Source: an uncultured archaeon
GTDB lineage: Archaea; Asgardarchaeota; Thorarchaeia; Thorarchaeales; Thorarchaeaceae
DNA: 64,000 nucleotides
Assembly (NCBI GenBank): GCA_964558645.1
Contig: CAZLEV010000002.1
Span: 64,001-128,000 of the forward strand
Reading direction: 5' to 3'
A model generated the notes under the pieces. The model saw nothing but the letters and a program-made list of their open reading frames with translations, did not search any database and was not told where the DNA came from. Of the stretch, positions 1-9,361 are shown piece by piece (the stretch's first letter is position 1; each line of letters opens with the position of its first letter). The translations under genes were made by a program, and so were the position numbers.

Positions 1-3000
1 TGATGTATTCAACAATAGTTCCCGACGGCACCTCATAGCCTGCATCACGAAGCTGGATTGCAGCGCGGACATGCTGTGGTGTCGTCTTACCATATTGTGC
101 TATCTCCTTGGTCATCTGAACCCGGAAGGCCAGGTCTTCTGGGCTATACGGTTCAGTCTTCCCTTCAAGCCTATCAAGAACAACATTGACAATCTCACGA
201 ATCTCGTCTTTTGCTGCTTTGAATCCCTCTCTGTTGTCAACACGGCTCAAAACATCGAGCATCTCTCTGAAGGCGTCTTGCACAAAGTCGGGAGTGTTAC
301 GTTTCTTTCCACTGAGACCCTTGACCTCAACATAACCCGAGTCGTAGACCCCGATGTAGTTCTTCTTTCGATCGGAGAGTGCAACATACTTGTAGGTCTT
401 CTCTACCTCGAGATCTATACCCAGTTCATCTTGAGACCATTTGACAAGCTCAGCTTGTTGTTCAGAGGTCGGATTGTCCAGAAACACGGAGTCGGTGTCG
501 CCATAGAGGACCCGAACGCCCATGGACTCTGCTTTCTCTTTCGTCCTGATAATTGCGTGTCGTCCATAAGCTGTGACGCTCTCGGCAGCGGGCATACAGA
601 ACAGCTCGAAATGCTGAGCTCCTGTGACCCCGTAGCTGTTGTGCACTACAATTCCATTGGTTGACACAAAGAGTCCATTTCCTGTTTCAAGGTCGTAAGT
701 CTGCTCAGGGTCAGCTCTCCTCTCTATCGAGCGGATTCTCACGGTACGAGTGCCGTTGAAGTCAATCAATCCTCGCCCCGTTCGCTGGTACTTCAGCCCC
801 TTCGTTTCGACAACACGATAGATAGATTCATCGCGATGCACGGATGCATGTCTTCCCAATGCTCCGAGGAGATACAGAATATCATGAGCCAGTTGCTTGC
901 TAGAAGTGGTATATCGCCTATTACCACGGACATTGATGTTCCCATCACCCTTGAAGAACGATTCAAGGACAACTCGCGCTCTTCTTTCATCAAGCAGTCG
1001 AAGGGGAATGGATTTGCTCTTTGAGTAACTGCCACAAAGGTGCTCCATGATTGCTGCGAGTGTCTTCGAGTGAATGACATGGTCTTTCTTCGAATAGACG
1101 GCAAAGGGTAGGTCCATCCGTTGCAAGAGTGACCCAATCTCATTGAAGTAGACTGGATTGACTTCCTGATACTGTGAAATGGATACCCGATTGACACCTA
1201 CATGCCCTTCCGATAAATACCATCCCATAAATGCGAAGAAGTCCTCATCAAGCTCGATTCTGATATTCTCCCATTGGCCTGCTTCACGCCATCTTCCACT
1301 TCTCTCGATCAGTTTGATGTAGAAAGGCAATGTGTCTGTTTCATTTCGTCTGATTAATTCTCTCGCCTCATCGGAGAGGTCACACCACCGAGCACGATAC
1401 CATTTGCTTGCCTTTGAGTATCTGAATTCCTTGTTTATTAGAGATATCAGAGGGTTGTCATTTCTTTGGGATCTCCTATACGAGAACTTGGTGTAGTCAC
1501 TTCTCTTTACCCCGACATGTATTGATTCCTGAGGTATAAGGTCTGGGACAAATAGCGTTTCGGGAGGATGTGCTGTTAGCGGCAATCGTTCTGCCATGAG
1601 AATATCATCATTTACTCGAAGATCTTCGGCAGCGACATATTCGATTGAAAGGGGTTTCTTCGAGATAACCTTTCGGTGCTTTCGCTTGTGCTTAGGAAGA
1701 AGCCTTGGAAAGACATGATTATCTGTACATCGAATAGTCCGCCCGTCCCTTAGACATATATCCAGAAGTCTCGCACTTCCACTCTTCCGAAAGCCGACAA
1801 TAGGAACAAATATCGGTTTTCCAAAGGGCGATGACCCCCAATTGTTATCAATGCTGAGAATCTCAAGGTCGCTCCATTCATGTTCCAAGCTGCCAATGGC
1901 CCTTCTAGATATCAGACCATGAGAATCCCGAACTATAACCGCTTCATCGAAGGGAAGACAGGCGTTGACGAAGACCTTTAGTGCTTTCTCCACAACTGAG
2001 TACCAGTCCCGTGTTCTCTCATCCAAGGAGCCATCTTTGCTCTTCCTCTTGAACCAGCGCACCCTGGTATCTCTGAAGAAACCTATTGTCTCGCTGATCA
2101 TCCCTGTGCGTTTCTTGCAGGTCCAGTGATCGGTTTCAGGCACACGATTGTCGGTTGCATTCCGGCAGCTCTCGTGGGGGCAGTCAACGGTCTCATAGCT
2201 TATGTTGTGCCGCTTCATGATGGTGGGATACAGGCTTGCAAAGTCCAGAACTGTGGCATTGAAATGAACACCAGCAACTGGTTCAATCACGATGGCACCC
2301 TTGAAGCTCTTGTCTTTGATCATCGCCTCAGTATGAGCCTCAGACGGTTTCATCGACTCGATGTCGTCACGCTTGGGAATGAGTGCCTTTCGTGACCGAT
2401 GCTCCTGTCTGAACAGGGACTGAATCCATGAAGATATACCCTGTCGGGTCACATCCTCCATAGAGAGTCGCGAGATACGCATGAGCAGGACAATGAGACG
2501 AAAGAGCAGGTTGTTCTTGAAAGTTGTAATTCGGAGTGTGATATTGGCATCGAGCCAGCAGTAGTGTGCTAGTTCGTAATATGGTAAGTCGGAGATCTCA
2601 GTATTCAGCTCAAGCTTGCCAATTCCTAGGATTCCCTGGGCGATGGATTCCAAGTTATTTCGTTCATATGCCCCCGAGAGAGCATAGATTCGCACAGAGG
2701 GATTCTTCAGAAATCGGTAAAGGTCAACGTGAATACCTCTCTTGAGAAGTGCAACCTCACGACCCAAGTATATTGGACACTGTGTCTGAACATCTATGCC
2801 AATCTTCTTGGCACGATGATAGAGATAGTTCAGGTCGAATGCATCTCCAACAAAGGTGAGAACGATGGGATACTGGTCAACTAGTTTAAAGACCTCAAGA
2901 ATCATCTCTCTCTCATCTGTATAGAAGACGAGTTCCAGTTCCTCAGGATAACCAGATGTCTTCTCGCCCATCTCCTGACCTTTCCGCTCAAGAACAAAGC

Positions 3001-3964
3001 ACTTGTTGAAGCCCTCATTGTCTGATAGCCCAACTGCAGTGACAGGATACGGAGCCGTAGACGCGTCAGGAATGCGATTCTTCACGGGCGTATATACCTC
3101 GATGTCCAAGGCAAGCCGTTTCACATCCGGAACCTCTGTGAAGAACATAGGCGCATAAGTAGAGATTATTCGGTCTAGCCCTTCATCTGGATCGAGGGTT
3201 TCTTTGAACTCGTCAAGCGTTTCTTTGTCCAGCTTTGGAGGGCATGGAACAAGGTGTCCATCCTCAACCTTGTACATCAGTCCGGCTACAATCTCTCGGT
3301 CGTAGGTGTACGTGTTGCGATATCTTATGTTGGCCTCCCAAGCGTGACTCACTTCCTCATAAGGATTGGAAGGATCACCAGTTGATACTCTCTCGGTGAG
3401 CAACTCCCTGATTGATCCTTGGCGACCACCGATGCTTAGAGGGTCTTCTGCAAGAATCTTGGTCATAGTAACTTCTTTGTCTCTAAGCAAGTCCCGAAGC
3501 TCGACCTCTTCAGTTTGAGAGAAGCCGGGGTGTCTTCCTGCTTTCTGCTGGGCAACTTGCGGCGGAAAATCTGTCAGGCAGTAGGGTTTGTGACCAGTGT
3601 CATCGAACCAGAAGAACAACTCCTTCGTTTCGGGACGATAGAGCCGCGCAATGGCCTTCGCCTTCTGTCCATCATAGTCTATTGATAGTAAGAAAGAGGG
3701 GGGAAGATTCTGTGGCACATCACGTTCACCAATGACATACTCCCCCACAGACTCTTCTTCATCGACAATACCTTCTTCTTCGAGGCTGTCTTCTCGGTCG
3801 ACTATTGTTGCACGAGATTTTGCGGATCGCCCCGTTGCAGAGGTGGTTTCAGACTGAGCAGGACTGTGTTTTTCTGCGCGAGTTGTAGGGCTTGCCCTAT
3901 CTTGACTCTCAGGTTCTGAAGAGCTCATGTAGTCTTCAAGAGAAGGCTGATTGTCTTTGGTCAT
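1..3964 (-). CDS. polB: Family B DNA polymerase (PolB1-type), intein-containing, 3' end outside window
   Basis: Manual translation from ATG at 3964 (MTKDNQPSLEDY...); absent from the ORF track, presumably because there is no stop in the window. ExoI ALDIEV, ExoII FVGDAFDLNYL, motif A VLDFASLYPT, motif B KVFVNA|SYG, motif C YGDTDS, then KKNYIG and VKG. Confidence 0.96.
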   Translation of the reverse strand, partial: MTKDNQPSLEDYMSSSEPESQDRASPTTRAEKHSPAQSETTSATGRSAKSRATIVDREDSLEEEGIVDEEESVGEYVIGERDVPQNLPPSFLLSIDYDGQKAKAIARLYRPETKELFFWFDDTGHKPYCLTDFPPQVAQQKAGRHPGFSQTEEVELRDLLRDKEVTMTKILAEDPLSIGGRQGSIRELLTERVSTGDPSNPYEEVSHAWEANIRYRNTYTYDREIVAGLMYKVEDGHLVPCPPKLDKETLDEFKETLDPDEGLDRIISTYAPMFFTEVPDVKRLALDIEVYTPVKNRIPDASTAPYPVTAVGLSDNEGFNKCFVLERKGQEMGEKTSGYPEELELVFYTDEREMILEVFKLVDQYPIVLTFVGDAFDLNYLYHRAKKIGIDVQTQCPIYLGREVALLKRGIHVDLYRFLKNPSVRIYALSGAYERNNLESIAQGILGIGKLELNTEISDLPYYELAHYCWLDANITLRITTFKNNLLFRLIVLLMRISRLSMEDVTRQGISSWIQSLFRQEHRSRKALIPKRDDIESMKPSEAHTEAMIKDKSFKGAIVIEPVAGVHFNATVLDFASLYPTIMKRHNISYETVDCPHESCRNATDNRVPETDHWTCKKRTGMISETIGFFRDTRVRWFKRKSKDGSLDERTRDWYSVVEKALKVFVNACLPFDEAVIVRDSHGLISRRAIGSLEHEWSDLEILSIDNNWGSSPFGKPIFVPIVGFRKSGSARLLDICLRDGRTIRCTDNHVFPRLLPKHKRKHRKVISKKPLSIEYVAAEDLRVNDDILMAERLPLTAHPPETLFVPDLIPQESIHVGVKRSDYTKFSYRRSQRNDNPLISLINKEFRYSKASKWYRARWCDLSDEARELIRRNETDTLPFYIKLIERSGRWREAGQWENIRIELDEDFFAFMGWYLSEGHVGVNRVSISQYQEVNPVYFNEIGSLLQRMDLPFAVYSKKDHVIHSKTLAAIMEHLCGSYSKSKSIPLRLLDERRARVVLESFFKGDGNINVRGNRRYTTSSKQLAHDILYLLGALGRHASVHRDESIYRVVETKGLKYQRTGRGLIDFNGTRTVRIRSIERRADPEQTYDLETGNGLFVSTNGIVVHNSYGVTGAQHFELFCMPAAESVTAYGRHAIIRTKEKAESMGVRVLYGDTDSVFLDNPTSEQQAELVKWSQDELGIDLEVEKTYKYVALSDRKKNYIGVYDSGYVEVKGLSGKKRNTPDFVQDAFREMLDVLSRVDNREGFKAAKDEIREIVNVVLDRLEGKTEPYSPEDLAFRVQMTKEIAQYGKTTPQHVRAAIQLRDAGYEVPSGTIVEYI
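638..1960 (-). mobile_element. Intein (441 aa) with LAGLIDADG homing endonuclease in PolB motif B
   Basis: In-frame insert starting CLPFDEAVIV and ending TYDLETGNGLFVSTNGIVVHN, followed by Ser(+1). Block B CTDNHVF; LAGLIDADG-like helices FMGWYLSEG and LESFFKGDG. Confidence 0.95.
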
Positions 3965-4057
3965 TCGAAATGAGACCCCACTGTGTTTCGTGGAGGAGGT
4001 AGCCTTGATAAGCACTTCCTATACTGAGAGAGAAGAAAGGAATGAGGCAGTGGTCAT

Positions 4058-4492
4058 ATGGTCAAAGCAACTATTACAGATTCTGCAAGGACAATAGTCG
4101 CACGCCTTATGCCGGGAGAGGACATCCTCGAATCCATTGAGGCATTGGCAGATGAACATGATATTAGAAGCGGACAGATAAGCTTGATAGGGGCCATCAA
4201 ACAAGCAACACTAGGCTATTTTGACAGGCACGCTTGTGAGTATCGGAATTTTTCAATCGATGAAGACCTAGAGGTTGTTTCTTGTGTTGGAAACATCTCG
4301 CGATTAAGAAGCGGCGAGGTGGCAGTACACGCACATATGGTGGTGGCAGACGAGCAAGGCAAGTGTTATGGAGGGCACCTCATGAATGGGTGTGTGGTTT
4401 CAGTCACGATCGAAGTTGTCATCATTGAACTAGAGGCTGACATCTATCGAAACAAGGACAAGGCGACAGGGCTCAATCTTCTGGATATCTGA
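4058..4492 (+). CDS. PPC/DUF296 domain protein
   Basis: RLMPGEDILESI, IGAIKQATLGYFD, EVVSCVGNIS, HAH, GGHL motifs. Confidence 0.9.
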   Translation: MVKATITDSARTIVARLMPGEDILESIEALADEHDIRSGQISLIGAIKQATLGYFDRHACEYRNFSIDEDLEVVSCVGNISRLRSGEVAVHAHMVVADEQGKCYGGHLMNGCVVSVTIEVVIIELEADIYRNKDKATGLNLLDI

Positions 4493-4515
4493 GAACTATG
4501 TCAAGTGCTGGGCAT

Positions 4516-4944
4516 CTAGGCCGTATTGAGCTCTGACGCAATCTTATCAAGGCGATCACGATCTGCCATCTCGCTTCTGTAGCCATCAGGGAAACGGAAG
4601 CCAAAGTCATCGCCGTGATTACGGGGAATTACGTGGAAGTGCAGATGGGGTATCTCCTGACCAGCGCCTTTTCCATTTGCGGCAGAAGTCAGAATCCCAT
4701 CTGGCTCTATTACGGTATTCACCTTGCGTGTCAAATCAACCAGTCTTCTGGCCAGGTGGGCCGCCACATCTTCATCGACATCGAGAAGATTTTGGTAATG
4801 CTCCTTGGGTATCAACAGACAGTGTCCCTCTCTAACGGGAAACACATCCATGAAAGCCATGCAGATTTCATCCTCGAATATCTTGGAGGAGGGAATCTCT
4901 CCTCTAACTATCTTGCAGAATATGCAGTCTTCAGAGTTGTTCAT
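4516..4944 (-). CDS. HIT family nucleotide hydrolase
   Basis: DCIFCKIV N-terminus, GHCLLIPKEH, GAGQEIPHLHFHVIPR histidine triad. Confidence 0.95.
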   Translation of the reverse strand: MNNSEDCIFCKIVRGEIPSSKIFEDEICMAFMDVFPVREGHCLLIPKEHYQNLLDVDEDVAAHLARRLVDLTRKVNTVIEPDGILTSAANGKGAGQEIPHLHFHVIPRNHGDDFGFRFPDGYRSEMADRDRLDKIASELNTA

Positions 4945-5026
4945 AGGCTCTTGGATATCATGGGCTCAACATAAAGACTGCGCCTCGATAATATCTGCGG
5001 AAGTCTCATTAATCATTTGACACACC

Positions 5027-6223
5027 ATGAATCGACGATTGCCATCAGGTGGGCCTTCAGTGAGCCGAAGAAAGCAAGTATTTTTCGACCAAACGCAGAA
5101 CGAAAGAGGAAAAATCGATTCAACTTACTCTGAGTTGGCACAACTCCTGGAGGACAACGACTATGATGTGGAAGCCTATACTGAGTTCATGATTCTCAAG
5201 AACAAGATAGAGAATGCTGACGCTATAGTCTTTGGCTGTCCCAACAGCTCGAAACTACGGGCGAACGAGATTGGTGCTCTCAAGGCATATGTCGAGGGTG
5301 GAGGGGGTCTCATGCTACTGGCCCTCTCTGGCGGAGATAAGGGACTCATGAACAACATGAGTAGACTCTCAGAGGATTTTGGAATCACGTTCGAGAATAC
5401 AGCAGTCAAAGATGAACGGATGAATGCAGGCTTACCCACAATGCCAATCATTGCCGATTTTGAGGGGCACCCCATTACCGAGGGAGTTGACAGTCTGTTG
5501 CTGCCTTCGGCCTGCACATTGAAAACATCAGGGAAGGCCAAAGCCGTGGGAATCACATCGGCCACCGCAGATCCCCCAGCTCAACCTGTGATTGCAGTCG
5601 CAGAGAAGGGAAAGGGCAGGGTAGTCTGCGTAGGCAGCTACGAGGTGTTCAGACGAGGAGGGGGCATGAAGGGCGACGGAAACAGAACATTCGCGCTTAA
5701 TGCATTCAGATGGCTCTGTGGAGATGAACGACTGATGAAGGAGAAAGAGAAGAGATCTGTTTCCACCGAGAGAAGAGAGGAGTCAGAGACTGCTGAGGTC
5801 GTTCGAGGAGAGCTAGAGAAGACCATGAGGAGGCTGGTCAATGCAGTCTTCGACCTCCAGAAAGACATCAAGGGGCTCGAAAGGAAGATAGATAGCACGG
5901 ACACCAACATCGCGCGTCTTCGGGAGCAATTCCAGAGCTTCGCAGAGAAGACACAAGATCAGCTCGGTCTCATCATTCCTGCGAAGCAATTCAAGACAGA
6001 AGAGGAGAACATAGTAGCTGATCTAAAGGGAGATATATCGGCCCTTGAGAAAGAAGTCAAGTCGGTGACTCAGCTCCGAGATCACGTCGCTCAGAGACAT
6101 GAATCGGGAGCCATATCCAGAGAGACCTACGAGGAACAATCCAAGAAGCTTGAGGAACGTCTGAAGAGGCTTGGGAAGAGACTCGACGAAAAGAAGGACG
6201 AACTCCAAGCACTAACGACCTAA
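5027..6223 (+). CDS. GIFT/DUF4350-like (GldG/IFT52-type) domain protein with C-terminal coiled coil
   Basis: VFFDQTQNE...EIGALKAYVEGGGGLMLL...FGITF...HPITEGV...GKGRVVCVGS...N..FALNAFRWL pattern; heptad-rich last ~150 aa; no signal peptide. Confidence 0.7.
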   Translation: MNRRLPSGGPSVSRRKQVFFDQTQNERGKIDSTYSELAQLLEDNDYDVEAYTEFMILKNKIENADAIVFGCPNSSKLRANEIGALKAYVEGGGGLMLLALSGGDKGLMNNMSRLSEDFGITFENTAVKDERMNAGLPTMPIIADFEGHPITEGVDSLLLPSACTLKTSGKAKAVGITSATADPPAQPVIAVAEKGKGRVVCVGSYEVFRRGGGMKGDGNRTFALNAFRWLCGDERLMKEKEKRSVSTERREESETAEVVRGELEKTMRRLVNAVFDLQKDIKGLERKIDSTDTNIARLREQFQSFAEKTQDQLGLIIPAKQFKTEEENIVADLKGDISALEKEVKSVTQLRDHVAQRHESGAISRETYEEQSKKLEERLKRLGKRLDEKKDELQALTT

Positions 6224-6229
6224 GGCTGA

Positions 6230-7687
6230 CTACCTTTCAAGCCGTCTGCGCACCAACATGATTCGCTGTGAGAGCACACCTCGTAATCTGGAAATGAAGC
6301 TTCCAATTACGGCTCTATACAGAAGATAGAGCAAGAGTGTAAATACCAGATAGATGATGTAGATGTTGCGGTCAGCAAGGACAATCAAGAAACTCCAGCC
6401 AATTGGCAAGATCATCATACTGGGCGATATTGAAACAGGTCCCGTTCTCGCTGAGCACATTCGTGATGATGCCATTATACTGATGAATGGGATTATTGCC
6501 ACAGTGTAGTACTTGTAGATACCTCTGGGAGACCAGATATGTAACCATAGAACCAGCAAGAGGGTCAGATAGAATATGGTCCGCCAGTATTCTCGTAGGG
6601 CTCTGTCGTCCTTCTCTTTCAATAGCATCAAAGCGAGAAGGGGAATCACACCAGCCACAAGACCTACCGAGTAGTAAGATACCAGATTGATGCCCTGGAT
6701 GAACCACGGAGGAAATCCCAGGGCTATGAAGGGAACGGCCAGAGTGATCGGACTGTTACTTGCAGGCACGGTTGTGAGGTCTTGGAGGAGAGTGGCTCCA
6801 GCACGCTGGAAGATGTACTCAAAGTAGTTGCCGATATCCGGAAGATAAGGAAGAGAGACTGCTCCGACAAAGGCGATCACCACAAGCACTGTCTTCCCAA
6901 ATCCCACAAGATCCAGTTCGTCGCCTGGAGGCCGCCCATCATGCGCCTCATCCTGTAGGGGTGATTCTTCTGGAGCACGTTTTAGGAGATAGGCGATCAG
7001 AGGAAGTCCGAAGAAGAAAGCAGTCTGCTTCAAGAGTGCTGCGGTCACAATTGACAAGACCCCCGGAATCCGTTTCTTTCGCATCAGCAGGAAGAACCCG
7101 AGCAGGGAGAAGAAGACAAAGGGAGCAGGGTTCAGCCACTCGAATGTGACATAGTAAAGTGTGAGCGGGTTCAACAAGTAGGTGGCAACTGATATGACTG
7201 CCACCTGGCGATTAGAAGATAGATACTCAGCAATGCCGTATATAGGAAACGCTGTCAGGAAGCCAAAGACTGTGATGACCAGCCCAATACCGCAGGGTTG
7301 AATCGGAAACAACCTTCCGAACGCACAGAGGTAGACATAGAGCGGGGGAAAGAAGTAGGGCGTATGATATTCTGTGCCATCTATAATCGGGTGGTTGAAA
7401 GCGTCCGTATAGGGAAGATGACCATTGAGGAACTGATCGGCCCAACTAACGTAGTAGTAGTCATAGTCCGCCCATCCCTCAAGATTGTACGTGATTGTAT
7501 AACCGAAGATAGGAAACTCTCCGGCCCCATTCCAAACAGCCCGATAGGGGCGGATGCCTCCGAAGGTAGAGCATGCATTGTCGAAGACAATCCACCAGAC
7601 TATAGCTCCCACGACGAGTACAAAGAGAAGTAGCCAGTACTCCCGTAGTCGTTCTCTTGCTTTCTGAACCGGCTCCATTCTTCCCAT
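6230..7687 (-). CDS. GT-C fold membrane glycosyltransferase (GT87/PIG-M-like)
   Basis: Multi-TM; acidic first loop LEGWADYDYYY, PYFFPPLY, LLNPL, LKQTA. Confidence 0.7.
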   Translation of the reverse strand: MGRMEPVQKARERLREYWLLLFVLVVGAIVWWIVFDNACSTFGGIRPYRAVWNGAGEFPIFGYTITYNLEGWADYDYYYVSWADQFLNGHLPYTDAFNHPIIDGTEYHTPYFFPPLYVYLCAFGRLFPIQPCGIGLVITVFGFLTAFPIYGIAEYLSSNRQVAVISVATYLLNPLTLYYVTFEWLNPAPFVFFSLLGFFLLMRKKRIPGVLSIVTAALLKQTAFFFGLPLIAYLLKRAPEESPLQDEAHDGRPPGDELDLVGFGKTVLVVIAFVGAVSLPYLPDIGNYFEYIFQRAGATLLQDLTTVPASNSPITLAVPFIALGFPPWFIQGINLVSYYSVGLVAGVIPLLALMLLKEKDDRALREYWRTIFYLTLLLVLWLHIWSPRGIYKYYTVAIIPFISIMASSRMCSARTGPVSISPSMMILPIGWSFLIVLADRNIYIIYLVFTLLLYLLYRAVIGSFISRLRGVLSQRIMLVRRRLER

Positions 7688-7697
7688 CTACCTTTCT

Positions 7698-9332
7698 CTA
7701 GACAGCCACCTCTTTCGAGGAATTCTGTGGGGTCCTGCTATTTGCTGCCGAGAAATCGTGATATGACCATTTCATAAAACCCCGCCATCTACTCCGCAAG
7801 ACCCGAAATCTGTGTTGAGTATGATTGCTGATGATATTGGACAAATAACGGACTGGCACTGTCATGATCTTCCAAAATCGACCGACCTGTTCTGACAACA
7901 CGAACCCCACCAATATGATAAAAACGGCAAATAGATACACAGTCCGACTCGGAAGAAGAATTGCAGCACTCAGCAAAAAGGGCAATACCAGCATTGAGAG
8001 AGATGGGCCCATTCTCGAGCTGTCACTCTCTATCATCCGTCGCGATGAGAATATCGAAAAGAAGGGTGCAAAGAGGGTGAAGTAGTACTTGTATACACCG
8101 CGAGGACCAGTTAGATTCACCCAGAGCATCAGTAGCATGGCAAAATACAGCAGCCGTCTTAAGAATCGTCTTTCTTCACCATGCCTCTTGGGTTCCATAA
8201 GCATGACACCGGCAAAGACGACTGTGCCAATTACTAGCAGGAACTTGGTGTACACAAGCATATCCATGATTTGGGCGATTTCCGGCAATCCAGCAACAAC
8301 CGGGAGGACCTGCAGACGCATCGGACTGGTGTAACCAGGAATTTCAGTGAAAGAATCGAGGGGATAGCCTCCAGCAGCCAAGCTCATGAAGAGTAACGTG
8401 TGTTCCTGTGCCAACAAGAACGGAAACATCACGGCGAGAACAAATGAGAGAACCATGAGTGTACTCACTGCAAATCCTTGGAGGTCCACATAGCTCGCAG
8501 CCCTTCGAAGGCCATTGACCACCAGGTCACCAATTGTAGGACTCTCCGTGCCTGTGTCAGAGGAGGTTTCAGATACAACAGGTCTTGCTCTGAGAAGCAG
8601 ATAGATCACTAGAGGAATTCCCAAGAACCATGCGGTCTGCTTGAACAATGCGGCTATTACAATCGAGAGTGTTCCAAGGTGCCGTTTGCCACGTACCAAG
8701 AAGTAGAAGCCACTCATGAAGAAGAAGATGAAGGGTGCAGGATTGAACCAAGAGAATACTACATGATACAGAATCATCGGATTAAGCAAGTAAGTCAGAG
8801 CTGCAATCTCGCCGACGTGCCGATTGCCAGAGAACTCTCTCGCTAGACCATATACCGGAAACACTGTTAGGAATCCAAGAGATACGATAAGATAGGCGAT
8901 CCCGAGGTCTCCAAGGGGAAGAGCTGTTCCCAAGCCGTACAGATAAGCCGTGAGAGGTGGGAAGATGTACAGACCATTTCTATTGAGAATGCCGTCACGA
9001 AGAAGGTGGCCGAATTCATCACAGTACGGCATCACGCCCTTCAGCATGTTGTGGCCCCAATGAACGTAAAAGAATGAGTAATCACTGTAACCCTCGAGTT
9101 GATACTGCACAGTATAGCCAAAGAGCTCATACACTCCGTCGCCCCTCCATACAGCCCTCGTATTCCAGTTGTTCGTACTGAAGTAGTCAACTACTGCAGC
9201 ATCAAACACCATGGACCAGACGAAGGCTGAGATGATCAGTACAACTGCAAGTATCCAGTACTCAAGGATGAAGCGAAGTAATCGCTTGCCGACGCGACGA
9301 GAGTCCATAGGGTGGCAGGAGGTGAAGGTCAC
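7698..9332 (-). CDS. GT-C fold membrane glycosyltransferase, paralog of 6230-7687
   Basis: LEGYSDYSFFY, YIFPPL, YLLNPM, WFNPAPF, FKQTA and PRGVYKYY are shared with the neighbour. Confidence 0.7.
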   Translation of the reverse strand: MTFTSCHPMDSRRVGKRLLRFILEYWILAVVLIISAFVWSMVFDAAVVDYFSTNNWNTRAVWRGDGVYELFGYTVQYQLEGYSDYSFFYVHWGHNMLKGVMPYCDEFGHLLRDGILNRNGLYIFPPLTAYLYGLGTALPLGDLGIAYLIVSLGFLTVFPVYGLAREFSGNRHVGEIAALTYLLNPMILYHVVFSWFNPAPFIFFFMSGFYFLVRGKRHLGTLSIVIAALFKQTAWFLGIPLVIYLLLRARPVVSETSSDTGTESPTIGDLVVNGLRRAASYVDLQGFAVSTLMVLSFVLAVMFPFLLAQEHTLLFMSLAAGGYPLDSFTEIPGYTSPMRLQVLPVVAGLPEIAQIMDMLVYTKFLLVIGTVVFAGVMLMEPKRHGEERRFLRRLLYFAMLLMLWVNLTGPRGVYKYYFTLFAPFFSIFSSRRMIESDSSRMGPSLSMLVLPFLLSAAILLPSRTVYLFAVFIILVGFVLSEQVGRFWKIMTVPVRYLSNIISNHTQHRFRVLRSRWRGFMKWSYHDFSAANSRTPQNSSKEVAV

Positions 9333-9361
9333 TCATATACTTGTCTTCAAGTCCAGAAGAC

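Noticed and set aside
490-530. Suspected frameshift before YGDTDS in polB
   Set aside because: Re-reading gives ATG GGC GTT CGG GTC CTC TAT GGC GAC ACC GAC TCC, which is in frame.
71-2395. Short ORFs 71-664, 793-1197, 836-1024, 2126-2395
   Set aside because: They are antisense or alternate-frame shadows of the polB/intein reading frame.
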